Under the pieces are notes generated by a model. It saw only the letters and a list, made by a program, of their open reading frames with translations. It was not told the origin of the DNA and searched no databases. A stretch of 64,000 nt of DNA from Candidatus Kapaibacterium sp. (GTDB lineage Bacteria; Bacteroidota; Ignavibacteria; Kapaibacteriales; UBA2268), in assembly GCA_963665665.1 (NCBI GenBank), contig OY762428.1, positions 4,096,001-4,160,000 on the forward strand, given 5' to 3'. This document shows positions 10,080-20,068 of the stretch, one piece after another; position 1 is the first letter of the stretch; every line of letters starts with the position of its first letter. Both the position numbers and the translations under genes were made by a program.

Positions 10080-10410
10080 TAACTCCGTTTTTCATCATTT
10101 GTTTTGCCCTGTTCAGAATCCCCATTTGATAAATATCCTGTTCAAATTTGTTATCAGGTTTCCATTTAATTCTATTTTTAAGCCACTGTTCTGATCTTAC
10201 TTTAACATCAGTGGAAATAATTTCTTCATTTTCTTCTTCGTTTTCAGATTTTACCCTGACTTTAAGAACGTTCCATGTTTTCAACATAAAAATATGTTTC
10301 TGGCTTAATGTCAGGCCGGCACCTATTAATGTTTGCCCGTAACTGTTAACAACGGAATCGGCAAGCACCATTCCTTCCTCAAGTTGATCGATATTTATAA
10401 ATTCAGCCAT
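10072..10410 (-). CDS. Small hypothetical protein overlapping the HDOD gene
   Basis: IDQLEEGMVLADSVVNSYGQTLIGAGLTL resembles the N-terminal extensions of HD-GYP/HDOD proteins; overlaps the HDOD start. Confidence 0.7.
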   Translation of the reverse strand: MAEFINIDQLEEGMVLADSVVNSYGQTLIGAGLTLSQKHIFMLKTWNVLKVRVKSENEEENEEIISTDVKVRSEQWLKNRIKWKPDNKFEQDIYQMGILNRAKQMMKNGVNE

Positions 10411-10818
10411 CTAAGCAGTATTTTGATAAAAGAAATTTTCACCAAGGTCGATAGTAATTTTTTCTTTTAGCGTTTCCTTAGTAATTGGTTTGGAAATAAA
10501 GGTTTTTACACCATGTTTAATTGCAATGTTAAAGACATTTCTTGATAAATATGAGGAGATAATTACAACCGGAATATTTGATATGGATTCAATATGCCTT
10601 ATCATCTTCAATAATTTATCCCCACTTATATCCGGGAGCACTATGTCCAACAGGATTAAATCAGGTTTTTCGGAGCTTGCAAGTGATAAGCCGCTATATG
10701 GATCAAGAGCAGGAAATGCTTTGATGCCCCAGGACTCAATATATCCGCATACAATTCTCTGTATCCAGATATCATCGTCAATAACTAAAATCGATTTTTT
10801 GGGGATATTATCTTTCAT
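10411..10818 (-). CDS. Single-domain response regulator (receiver)
   Basis: ILVIDDD, PDLILLDIVLPDISG, IPVVIISS, FISKP. Confidence 0.9.
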   Translation of the reverse strand: MKDNIPKKSILVIDDDIWIQRIVCGYIESWGIKAFPALDPYSGLSLASSEKPDLILLDIVLPDISGDKLLKMIRHIESISNIPVVIISSYLSRNVFNIAIKHGVKTFISKPITKETLKEKITIDLGENFFYQNTA

Positions 10819-10891
10819 AATAATTTCTATACAAATAGTTTAAATACTTTACGGCAATATATAAAATTTTATTGCAGGGAAAATTAAAAAT

Positions 10892-11341
10892 TTATTTTTC
10901 TATCAATTCGTCGGATAGCGCAGAAATGTCAATATTAATGAAATCATCATCTTCTTCAATTTCCTCATCTTCTTCAGTGCTGATTACACTACTGATTTTT
11001 TCAAATAATGTTTTTTGAGAAAATGGTTTGGATAAAGCCCCTGATGCGCCATAGCTCAGAGCAGAACGCAGGATTTCTCTGTTCAGGTTTGACGAGCTTA
11101 CTAATATTGGAATTTCTTTAGTAGCATCGATTTTCCTGACAACCTGGATAGCGATTAAAGGATTAATATCATTGGCCTGAATATCTATAATTATCATGTC
11201 TGGCACGGAGTTTACAATTCCGGCAAGCCCTTCACTACAATTTGTAAAGGTAAGAGTTTCCATACTCCATTGTATCAAATACGAAGAAACAACCCGCGCA
11301 TTCCATTTGTCTTTATCTATTATAATAATTTTCTTTTTCAT
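10892..11341 (-). CDS. Single-domain response regulator, atypical receiver with acidic tail
   Basis: IIIIDKD, PDMIIIDIQ, IPILVSSS, ALSKPF; tail EEDEEIEEDDDF. Confidence 0.8.
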   Translation of the reverse strand: MKKKIIIIDKDKWNARVVSSYLIQWSMETLTFTNCSEGLAGIVNSVPDMIIIDIQANDINPLIAIQVVRKIDATKEIPILVSSSNLNREILRSALSYGASGALSKPFSQKTLFEKISSVISTEEDEEIEEDDDFINIDISALSDELIEK

Positions 11342-11746
11342 TAAAAACTGCTTTGTTATGTATTTGTCCGGTTATTATTGATATAATATAAAAAAATCCT
11401 GACAAATCAGGAACAGATTTTGTAAAAATTTATTAACATTTCCCAACTTCAGGAGTTCATAATCCAATATACATCTGTGAAATACATATTGAATTTATAT
11501 CCAAATTTGTTAAAATAGTGTATTGAAATTGAAAAAATAATGACCACCATAATGCAATTTTTCGTCAACTGATTTCTGACTTTTGATGATATTTTACTGA
11601 ATTGTTTTTTCAGGTTGATATGTAACAATAAAATTAATAAGAAATTTACCCGGTTTTTTAAAAAGGAAATTTTTTTATAAATTAAATCAATTTTTTTATA
11701 AATTAAATCGGAATTAACAGCAGTTTTATATTCATTCCAGGCAATA

Positions 11747-13093
11747 TTGTTGATAAAGAAAATAATTAATCTATTAAATCTTGAAAAAACAGAGAATTAC
11801 AGTTTTGAACAGAATTTGTTCATCTCAATATCTCTTATCGTTTCAATTTTTACCATTTTTGCATTTTTGTTTGATATTATACTCAGGCACGACCTGTTAA
11901 TGTCTGCAAACTCATTTCTTGCAAGTATCATCTACTTAGTAATATTTATTCTTTCATTCCGGGGCATGGATTATCAGAAATTGATTCCCATATTTATTTC
12001 AGGATTCGTAGTGTTATTGGCCCTTACCTATTTTCTTTTCGGTGGTTACTACGGGGGGACAGTTCTATTTATGCTTGGGGGAATAATTGCTATCACAATT
12101 TTTTCCTCCCGGGCAACATCCATTTTTACATTTTCAATATTGATTTTCCTGACTATGCTGTTTTTTATACTTCAATATAACTATCCGGAATTAGTCATAA
12201 ACTACAATTCAGAATCTGAACGGTTTTATGACTATTTGATATCAACTGCATTATCCATGACAGCAATATTTTTTCTGATTTACAAATTGGTAAATAAATA
12301 CAGAATTGAAAAAGAACTGCTTATAAAAGAAAAAAACATCGTTGAAAATCAGCATAATATTATTCAGGATAAGAATATCATACTTTCTGAATCTGCCAAA
12401 ATGAAAGATAAAATGTTCTCGGTAGTTTCGCATGACCTTAAAACCCCGGTTATGGCTTTTAGTGAAGGTTTGCTGATACTTGAAGAAGACTTTGCAAAAA
12501 TGTCGGATTCGGAAAAGATAGGAATGATTCGTTCACTCAGGCGAAATGCCGGCGCTATAAACGAATTACTTGATAATCTTCTTGCATGGTCGAGGTTTCA
12601 GAAAGGAAAGTTTGAAAAGCATCCATCGTATTTAAGAATCAACGAACTGATAGATTTCTCGATTGAACTATACAGGCAGCGAATTGAAACTAAAAAAATT
12701 ATAATAGAAAAAAAATATCATATAGAACCGCAAATATGGGCCGATTATAACATGATGTCGATAATTATTAACAATCTAATTTCAAATGCCATTAAATATT
12801 CGTTCGAAAACAGCAAAATAATTATTAATATGGAAGCAGATAACGGTTTCCTTGCAGTTTCAATAAAGGACCATGGTACTGGGATTCCTGAGAATATTAT
12901 AAATGATATTTTCAAACTTGAAGGCGAAAAATCCTCGTTTGGAACATCAGGCGAAAGAGGTGTAGGGCTTGGCCTTGTTCTTTGTAATGAATTTGTGTCT
13001 TTGAATAAAGGAAAGATTTATTGCGAAAGTAAAAACGGCGAAGGCAGCATATTTTATTTCACTGTTCCACTTAGTGATAATGATGTAGATTGA
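11747..13093 (+). CDS. Membrane sensor histidine kinase
   Basis: Several N-terminal TM helices; SHDLKTP, NLISNAIKYS, DHGTGI, GVGLGL; TTG start uncertain. Confidence 0.9.
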   Translation: MLIKKIINLLNLEKTENYSFEQNLFISISLIVSIFTIFAFLFDIILRHDLLMSANSFLASIIYLVIFILSFRGMDYQKLIPIFISGFVVLLALTYFLFGGYYGGTVLFMLGGIIAITIFSSRATSIFTFSILIFLTMLFFILQYNYPELVINYNSESERFYDYLISTALSMTAIFFLIYKLVNKYRIEKELLIKEKNIVENQHNIIQDKNIILSESAKMKDKMFSVVSHDLKTPVMAFSEGLLILEEDFAKMSDSEKIGMIRSLRRNAGAINELLDNLLAWSRFQKGKFEKHPSYLRINELIDFSIELYRQRIETKKIIIEKKYHIEPQIWADYNMMSIIINNLISNAIKYSFENSKIIINMEADNGFLAVSIKDHGTGIPENIINDIFKLEGEKSSFGTSGERGVGLGLVLCNEFVSLNKGKIYCESKNGEGSIFYFTVPLSDNDVD

Positions 13094-13370
13094 ATTTGAT
13101 CTGACCTTTCGATAAAACAATCCGGATAGTAACAAAGCAAGATTTTCTTGCTTGGCCCGTAAGAGTTTTTGTATCTCCGGAAGAATTTATGCTGAATTTT
13201 TAAAACTGATTTTCTCGGGCTGAAACCTTGATTATATTGAGGATTCCTTCAGTGGGAAAGTCAATAGAAAGTAATCATAAACTTATCGTCTTATCAATTA
13301 ATTCATTTTGCCGGAATGAATAGTGTTAGTAATTTAGTATATATGAAAATGAATAATTTGAGATTTAAGA

Positions 13371-14108
13371 ATGAAAAAAGTTTTTATATTCGGAGCAGCC
13401 TCTGCAATTGCCAGGGAAACAGCAATACTGTTTGCCAAGGAAAAATGTGAACTTTATCTTTGCGACCTGAAAAAAAGCAGGGTGGAAGCAGTTAAAGATC
13501 ATATATTAACTTATGCTGAAACAACAATTCACACTGATGAAGGTGATGCTCTGGCTTTTGATGATCACAATAAATTCTTCCAACGCGCACTGGATAAAAT
13601 GGGCAGGGTTGATGTTGTACTGATAGCCCACGGCACATTACCTGATCAGGAAAAAACAAGGAAAAGCCCTGCTGATACTGTCCGTGAATTCAATATAAAC
13701 GGCCTGAGTATAATATCACTGGCAACTGTAGCTGCTAATTATTTCGAGGACAACAACAAGGGAACTCTTGCTGTTATCTCTTCGGTTGCCGGAGATCGCG
13801 GAAGACAGAGCAATTATATATATGGAAGCGCTAAAGGAGCTGTAAGCCTGTTTTTACAGGGGCTCAGGAACAGACTGAGCGAAACAAATGTAAAAATACT
13901 GACTATTAAACCAGGTATGGTTGACACACCCATGACTGCAGATATGCCAAAATCTCCTCTGTTTTCCAAACCGGAAATTATCGGAAAAGGTATTTTCGAG
14001 GCCATTAAGAATGAGAAAGATATAGTATATTTGCCGGGTTTCTGGCGATTGGTAATGCTCGTTATCAGGCATATCCCCGAGACAATTTTCAAGAAATTGA
14101 AATTGTGA
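13371..14108 (+). CDS. SDR family oxidoreductase (DprE2-like subgroup)
   Basis: IFGAASAIA, SSVAGDRGRQSNYIYGSAK, KPGMVDTPMT, IRHIPETIFKKL. Confidence 0.88.
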   Translation: MKKVFIFGAASAIARETAILFAKEKCELYLCDLKKSRVEAVKDHILTYAETTIHTDEGDALAFDDHNKFFQRALDKMGRVDVVLIAHGTLPDQEKTRKSPADTVREFNINGLSIISLATVAANYFEDNNKGTLAVISSVAGDRGRQSNYIYGSAKGAVSLFLQGLRNRLSETNVKILTIKPGMVDTPMTADMPKSPLFSKPEIIGKGIFEAIKNEKDIVYLPGFWRLVMLVIRHIPETIFKKLKL

Positions 14109-14122
14109 TATTCAGTATATAA

Positions 14123-14155
14123 AGATGTCCAACACTTTGAATTTGTTGGACATCT
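14123..14155. terminator. Hairpin between convergent genes (AGATGTCC...GGACATCT family)
   Basis: AGATGTCCAACA...TGTTGGACATCT inverted repeat; similar arms at 54131. Confidence 0.6.
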
Positions 14156-14190
14156 GAGTAGAAAATTATTCTTTTCGAAAACCAAAGCTT

Positions 14191-15093
14191 TTAATTCATT
14201 TTGAATATCGCCTTTACGATATGTCCGGCCATATCCGGATTTTCTTTCAGGCGGCGTGTGGAATAGCCGTACCAGTCCTCGCCATAAGGAACATAAACTC
14301 TCGTCCTGTGGCCATTGGCAATAATTTCTCTTCTTTTATTGTCCTTAACTCCAAGAAGCATCTGGAATTCATATTTATCTTTTGAAAGGCCGCGGGATTT
14401 AATTTCTTCCTGTGCAAATTCAATTAACGCGTCGTCATGGGTTGCTATGCCGGGATACAGATCAAGGTCGAAAATAAGTTTCAGCAGGCGGCGGTAGTTA
14501 GCTCTTACTTCTTCATAATCCTGGTATGCAATATCAATTTCTTCTTTGTAAATACCCTTGCAAAGTCGGATATTCGGTTTATATTCGGCCACGGATTTTA
14601 TATCTTCTTCTGACCTGCGCATGTAAGCCTGGATAACTATACCAACATTTTCATAGCCTTCTTCGCGGAAACGCCTGAACATATCAAGTGTCATTGTTGT
14701 ATATGGAGAATTTTCCATATCAAGCCTGACAAAAAGGCCATATTTCTTAGCTTTGTCCACAAGTTCTTTAATGTTATCATAACCGAAATCGAAATCTATT
14801 CCCATACCGAGGGAAGTAGGTTTTACGGATAAATATGATGGAAGGTTATGATCTTTGATAGCATCAAGCACCCTGCTGACTTCTTCTTTTTCGTGTAATG
14901 CCTGTTCCCTTTTGGTTACGAATTCACCAAGAACGTCAATCGTCGTCATGCTGCCTTCGGCTTCGAGTTCTTTTGTATTACGCACGGCATCTTCCAGGAA
15001 TGGCCCGGCAATATATTTTTTTGCAAAGATGTGAACTATTGGTTTGGGAACCATCGGAAGAGTTTTGATTATCAAATTATTAAATGCCTTCAT
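14191..15093 (-). CDS. Monofunctional proline dehydrogenase
   Basis: YIAG, DVLGE, VRLDME, IQAYMRRS, RLCKGIY, ATHD, EFQMLLG, RVYVPYG, RRLKENP. Confidence 0.92.
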   Translation of the reverse strand: MKAFNNLIIKTLPMVPKPIVHIFAKKYIAGPFLEDAVRNTKELEAEGSMTTIDVLGEFVTKREQALHEKEEVSRVLDAIKDHNLPSYLSVKPTSLGMGIDFDFGYDNIKELVDKAKKYGLFVRLDMENSPYTTMTLDMFRRFREEGYENVGIVIQAYMRRSEEDIKSVAEYKPNIRLCKGIYKEEIDIAYQDYEEVRANYRRLLKLIFDLDLYPGIATHDDALIEFAQEEIKSRGLSKDKYEFQMLLGVKDNKRREIIANGHRTRVYVPYGEDWYGYSTRRLKENPDMAGHIVKAIFKMN

Positions 15094-15244
15094 CTTTTAT
15101 CACCCGTTTGATTATAAATTTCTTTTTTCACAACACACAATTTAGCAAAAAAAAATATATCTTGTTTCAATCAAATATAAATTTATTAAATTATTTGTTA
15201 CTATTCAATTTAACTTTGAAAATATGTAAAAACTGTATATAACG

Positions 15245-15334
15245 GTCATTCTGAGCGGCAGCGAAGAATCCATTCTTCAATAATTCTTTAAGAAAAAGAT
15301 GGATTCTTCAGTCGCAGGCTCCTTCAGAAGTACA
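15245..15334. repeat. REPIN-like inverted pair (GTCATTCTGAGC...GAAGAATCC family)
   Basis: GTCATTCTGAGCGGCAGCGAAGAATCCAT then inverted ATGGATTCTTC...TTCAGAAGTACA; same family at 55964, 56168 and ~56431. Confidence 0.7.
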
Positions 15335-15379
15335 TTTACAGGTTTTTTCTTCAAAATTTAAACCATTGAGTGGTTACAA

Positions 15380-15979
15380 TTATTTTTTTTCTAAATGTAT
15401 AATGATCAAATTAAAAGTATTTTCAATACTATTGGAAGCATCAATACATACCACTCTACCCGGTTCTTTCATTGCAATTTCCCTAAAACCGTCAGCTACT
15501 TTCAAAAAGAAATCATCCCCGGATTTTTCCATTCTGTCTTTTTCCCTGCTTCCTGATCTTTCTTTTGCTATTTTTAGAGGCAGGTCAAGATAAAATGTCA
15601 TATCCGGTTTCAGGCCGCCGGTAGCAATCATGTTAGAATTTATCACCATATCCATATTAAGTCCTCTGCCATAACCCTGGTAAGCGGTTGTTGAGTCATA
15701 GAAACGATCGCAAATAACTACTTTGCCTTCGGCAATGGCCGGCTTTATTATTTTTTCTGTCAGCTGGGCGCGAGCTGCTTCGAACAAAAGCAGTTCTGCA
15801 ACAGGAGAAATTTCATTTTTTGAAGATAAAAGTATTTCCCTTATTTTCTCGGAAACTTCATTTCCTCCCGGCTCACGTATCAACAATACTTCATTTCCCT
15901 GTTTTTGCAAATAATCTTCAACAAGAGTAATTTGAGTTGATTTTCCTGCTCCGTCAATTCCTTCAAAAGTTATAAACAT
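15380..15979 (-). CDS. tmk: Thymidylate kinase
   Basis: FITFEGIDGAGKSTQ, REPGG, CDRFYDSTTAYQG. Confidence 0.96.
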   Translation of the reverse strand: MFITFEGIDGAGKSTQITLVEDYLQKQGNEVLLIREPGGNEVSEKIREILLSSKNEISPVAELLLFEAARAQLTEKIIKPAIAEGKVVICDRFYDSTTAYQGYGRGLNMDMVINSNMIATGGLKPDMTFYLDLPLKIAKERSGSREKDRMEKSGDDFFLKVADGFREIAMKEPGRVVCIDASNSIENTFNLIIIHLEKK

Positions 15980-15997
15980 AATAATCCTGAATATGTA

Positions 15998-16729
15998 TTA
16001 TTTTTCTTTTTTACCTTCAATTATCACAACGAATTCGCCTTTTACAGCTGTTCTTGATTCAAAATTATCAATTAATTCTGATGCCGTACCACGATTGTAT
16101 TCCTCGTGTATCTTGCTGATTTCTCTTGCCGTACAAATCAGCCTTTCGGGTTCACATATTTCCGATAGCTGTTTCAATAATTTTATTATTCTGTATGGAG
16201 ATTCGTAAAGTATAATTGTTTCCCCTTTTTCCACAACATTTTTAAGGAAGGTCTGCCTTCCCTTCTTCTGCGGAGGAAATCCTGCAAAGATAAAACTGTG
16301 TACGGGCATTCCCGACGCTGAAAGAGCTGGCACAAAGGCTGTAGCCCCCGGCAGGGCTGTTACCGTTATATCATTTTTAACAGCTTCACGGACAAGACGG
16401 TAACCGGGATCGGAAATGCAAGGCGATCCGGCATCACTAATCAAAGCACAAACAAGATTATCTTTTTTTATCCTGTCGATAATTTCCGGTGCTTTCTGTT
16501 TCTCATTATGCTCGTGATAGCTTATAAGTTTTTTCCCCGACAAGCCGATTAGCTTAAGAAATTGACCGGAATGCCTCGTATCTTCACAAGCAATTAAATC
16601 TGCCGAATTTAATATTTTCAGGGCCCTGACGGTAATATCATCCAAATTGCCAACAGGTGTGGGAACAAGATAAATCCCCGGTTCGGGTTTTTCGAAATCC
16701 TGATTAAAAAATGAGCTGAAATCGGTCAT
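15998..16729 (-). CDS. rsmI: 16S rRNA (cytidine1402-2'-O)-methyltransferase
   Basis: PTPVGNLDDITVRAL, CEDTRHS, SDAGSPCISDPG, YESPYR, REISKIHEE, KGEFVV. Confidence 0.96.
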   Translation of the reverse strand: MTDFSSFFNQDFEKPEPGIYLVPTPVGNLDDITVRALKILNSADLIACEDTRHSGQFLKLIGLSGKKLISYHEHNEKQKAPEIIDRIKKDNLVCALISDAGSPCISDPGYRLVREAVKNDITVTALPGATAFVPALSASGMPVHSFIFAGFPPQKKGRQTFLKNVVEKGETIILYESPYRIIKLLKQLSEICEPERLICTAREISKIHEEYNRGTASELIDNFESRTAVKGEFVVIIEGKKEK

Positions 16730-17205
16730 TTATTTTTCCTTTGTCTTAATTCCCTGAAAAAAACTTTTAAAATTGATGAACATTCTTCCTGAAGCACTCC
16801 GCTGACGACCTTGCACCTGTGGTTCAGCCTTGGTTCCGTGCTTATATTAAAAATACTTCCGCTGCCGCCTGCTTTCGGATCAATTGCTCCGAAAACAAGC
16901 CTTGGTATCCTTGCAAGTACTATTGCTCCCGAACACATGGCGCAAGGCTCCAGGGTAACATATATTGTACAATCTAACAAATGCTTATACTCCTGTTTAT
17001 TCAATGCGTCTTTAATAGCCATTATTTCAGCATGGGAAGTTGCGTCACTGTCCTTTTCCACCCTGTTGTAACCACGTCCGATAATTTCATTATTTTTTAC
17101 GATCACTGCCCCGATGGGAACATCATCATTTTCAAGAGCTTTTGCAGCTTCATCAAGAGCCGCAGCCATATATTTTTCGTCAATATTCTGTTCTTTTTCT
17201 ATCAA
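16726..17205 (-). CDS. tadA: tRNA adenosine(34) deaminase
   Basis: DVPIGAVIV, HAEI, TLEPCAMCSGA, DPKAG, LNHR; TTG start. Confidence 0.93.
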   Translation of the reverse strand: MIEKEQNIDEKYMAAALDEAAKALENDDVPIGAVIVKNNEIIGRGYNRVEKDSDATSHAEIMAIKDALNKQEYKHLLDCTIYVTLEPCAMCSGAIVLARIPRLVFGAIDPKAGGSGSIFNISTEPRLNHRCKVVSGVLQEECSSILKVFFRELRQRKNK

Positions 17206-17435
17206 TGATAATCTATAAATATTAAATTAGATAGTTAACTTACTCTACTCTCCAAAACAACTTGCAAAGTTGTGCTTTCAAAAGAATGGTATATTTAATA
17301 CCTTGTCCGGATTTCCGTATCAGGACTAATAAATAAAGGAAAAAATTTCAAAAAACATTTTTCTTTCGGATAAAAGATCTGAAAGAGCTTTTCAAGATGG
17401 TTTTACTTAATTTCACAGACAATTGGTAAATTTTC

Positions 17436-17474
17436 ACCACCCCGGCCTTCGGACACCCCTCCATTGGAAGGGAA
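17436..17474. repeat. REP-like palindromic element (ACCACCCC...CACCCCTC family)
   Basis: ACCACCCCGGCCTTCGGACACCCCTCC...GGGAA resembles the elements at ~56270 and ~56532. Confidence 0.5.
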
Positions 17475-17552
17475 TAGAAAAACTATTTCGATTTTTAACG
17501 ATTGAAAATTACAATTTCTTTCATTTAAAAATAACTCTCCAATAGAAAACTC

Positions 17553-18731
17553 CTACAAAGCTCCTAACAATTTTTCAATTCCCGCTTTAAGTGTTTCATC
17601 TTTCTTGGCAAAGCAAAGCCTGAGCATAGTTTTGCCTTCATCGCTTTCGGAATAGAACACTGAAGGTGGAATTGTTGCCACTCCGTGCTCTTTAACAAGA
17701 TATGAAGCTGCTTCGATATCATTTTTAAAACGTCCATCCGGCAAATCAATCATAAGAAAATAAGTCCCCTGCGGCAGATGCGGCTTCAAATCCGTATCTT
17801 TCAACGCATTATACAGCAAATCCCTTTTGCGTGAATATGTGCTGCGGAATTCCGGCAGATATTCGTCGATCATTGAAAAAGCATAGGCCATAGCATGCTG
17901 CCCCGGCGTATTTACTGCATAAGTCGTCCACTGGTGCACTTTCCTGATCGATTCAGTTAACTCCTGCGAGCAGATGGCGTAGCCTATTTTCCAGCCCGTC
18001 ATACCAAAAGTTTTTCCTGTTGAAGATATTGTAATAGTCCTGTCCTTCATTCCCGGTAATTTTGCAATTGGATTATGTTTATTGCCGTCAAAAAGCATGA
18101 ATTCATATACTTCGTCGCTGAGAACAAGCAGGTCAAATTCGTTGGCAATATCTGCAATTAGCTGTAGCTCCCCGGCGCTGAGAATTTTACCTGTGGGATT
18201 GTGTGGAGTATTCAGTATAATCATTTTCGTTTTAGCCGAAACAGCATTTCTCAGTTCGTCAGGATCGATAGTGAAATCAGGCTTGTGAAGAGTTACATAC
18301 CTTGGAATGCCACCTGCTAAGATCACGTCAGCCTGATGTGAGTCATAGTACGGTTCGAACAATATTACCTCGTCTCCCGGATTTATAAAAGCAGTAATTG
18401 TACTGTAAAGAGCTTCGGTAGCACCGGCGGTAATTGTTATTTCAGTATCAGGATCCCTGTCAATATCATAATATTTTTTTATGGTTTTGGCAATATTCTT
18501 TTTCAGTGAATAGATACCTACCGTCGGGGCATACTGATTTTTCCCCTCTTCCATAGCCTGGAAAGCTTTTTCCATAATCCACGGAGGGCCGTCAAAATCG
18601 GGGAAACCCTGCCCGAGATTAACGGCTTTATAGTCAACAGCCATTTTACTCATTGTCGAGAAAATCGATGTGGGCATACCTGCCAATCGCGTAGCTCTGA
18701 AATTTTTCATATCTTCTGCTGTTATTTTCAC
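17553..18731 (-). CDS. PLP-dependent class I/II aminotransferase (YbdL/methionine aminotransferase-like)
   Basis: NLGQGFPDF, TAGATEAL, NTPHNPTG, SDEVYE, STGKTFGMTGWKIGY, RLCFAK. Confidence 0.9.
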   Translation of the reverse strand: MKITAEDMKNFRATRLAGMPTSIFSTMSKMAVDYKAVNLGQGFPDFDGPPWIMEKAFQAMEEGKNQYAPTVGIYSLKKNIAKTIKKYYDIDRDPDTEITITAGATEALYSTITAFINPGDEVILFEPYYDSHQADVILAGGIPRYVTLHKPDFTIDPDELRNAVSAKTKMIILNTPHNPTGKILSAGELQLIADIANEFDLLVLSDEVYEFMLFDGNKHNPIAKLPGMKDRTITISSTGKTFGMTGWKIGYAICSQELTESIRKVHQWTTYAVNTPGQHAMAYAFSMIDEYLPEFRSTYSRKRDLLYNALKDTDLKPHLPQGTYFLMIDLPDGRFKNDIEAASYLVKEHGVATIPPSVFYSESDEGKTMLRLCFAKKDETLKAGIEKLLGAL

Positions 18732-18853
18732 AAAAACATCATACTAAGATATGAAATATTAAGAAATTTATTTCAATGAACTGACAATTTTATTATATTC
18801 AAAATATTTGAAAATTGATGAAATGTATTCCTACACAAGTTTCCGGAGGGGAA

Positions 18854-20059
18854 ATGAAGAAATTCCAAAGTTTTACGACCGTTATATTTTTACTGAGCCT
18901 ATTTTTTATATCATCATGCAGCGATGATGATTCAGGCCCGTCAACAAAAAAAGTCAGGTATATTTATTTTCCTGTAAGTGTAAATGATGGCGCTGATGCC
19001 AATCAGGCAGGCTTCTACAGGATAAATACAGATGATTTCCAGATTGAACGTCTTGCCGTAAATTCTGTTTCAAATACAACGGGAGTTGGATCGAGCAGTG
19101 TGATAATTTTCGAATACGACAACGGGATAGAAAGCAAACTCTGGGCAAAATGTGAAGACGGAAGCCTTATTCCCGTTCCCCTGCCCAATCCCGAGGCCGG
19201 ATATGAAAAAGTTGAATACAGTATGCCGCCTAATGTTTCACTTTCTGCCGACGGACATCATGCCGCTTATTTTGTAAACAAAATTCCTGATGGCGCAACG
19301 GAAATGAAAGATTATATGCCATCAATGGTTGTCCTGGACTGTTCACAGGGATTGAATTATATTACTGTTGACCTGAAACAGTTCCTGATTGATAATTTCC
19401 CCGATATTGACGTGGAAGGCGGCCAGGCTTGGGGCGAATATATTGTACAGAATGAGAACGGATCAAAAATATGGTTCTCGGTCAGGGCGCTGAATTATAG
19501 CTGGAGCGGCCAGATCCGATATGGATTGGTATCATGGACCAAAGAGGACGGGCTAAAACTGGAATCACAGGTTTTAACAGGAGAAGTAAAAATCTGGGGA
19601 TATAATCATCTTACCAAAGAGCTGCTTGTAACTCATCTTGATACTGCTAATGGCGGTATAACAGTAGCAAAGAATTTTGATGACGGTTTCCTAACTTATA
19701 TAACACTCAACAAAGACAACCTGAGCGGCCCTGACCAAATCGCAGTTAAAAGGTCTGAAATGGCAATAATTAATGAAACCGGAATTGAACTTTTCCACCC
19801 TGACAATGGAAATTATTTATCAACTGTTATAACGTTTGACAAAATTGATCCGAATAGTGAGTATATACACGACGACGGGCAGCTGATAACAATGTCGCCC
19901 GATGCGCAGGTTATTGTTTTTGCTCTGACAGATAACACCCAGGACAGGGACAGAACACTGTTCATGGTAAATCGTGACGGAACAGGGCTAAAGATTTTAG
20001 CGCAGGGCTATAAAATGGGAATCCCTGTAATTTCCGATGAATTTGAAGTAGAACAATAA
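18854..20059 (+). CDS. Hypothetical lipoprotein, probable beta-propeller
   Basis: ATG at 18854 after GGAGG; signal peptide with lipobox FISSC; SADGHH, SPDAQ and NRDGTG TolB-like motifs. Confidence 0.7.
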   Translation: MKKFQSFTTVIFLLSLFFISSCSDDDSGPSTKKVRYIYFPVSVNDGADANQAGFYRINTDDFQIERLAVNSVSNTTGVGSSSVIIFEYDNGIESKLWAKCEDGSLIPVPLPNPEAGYEKVEYSMPPNVSLSADGHHAAYFVNKIPDGATEMKDYMPSMVVLDCSQGLNYITVDLKQFLIDNFPDIDVEGGQAWGEYIVQNENGSKIWFSVRALNYSWSGQIRYGLVSWTKEDGLKLESQVLTGEVKIWGYNHLTKELLVTHLDTANGGITVAKNFDDGFLTYITLNKDNLSGPDQIAVKRSEMAIINETGIELFHPDNGNYLSTVITFDKIDPNSEYIHDDGQLITMSPDAQVIVFALTDNTQDRDRTLFMVNRDGTGLKILAQGYKMGIPVISDEFEVEQ

Positions 20060-20068
20060 AGCCAGATT

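Noticed and set aside
13094-13370. Possible ncRNA in this intergenic gap (also 29778-30244 and 33246-33419)
   Set aside because: Only short weak hairpins; nothing I can assign to a known RNA family
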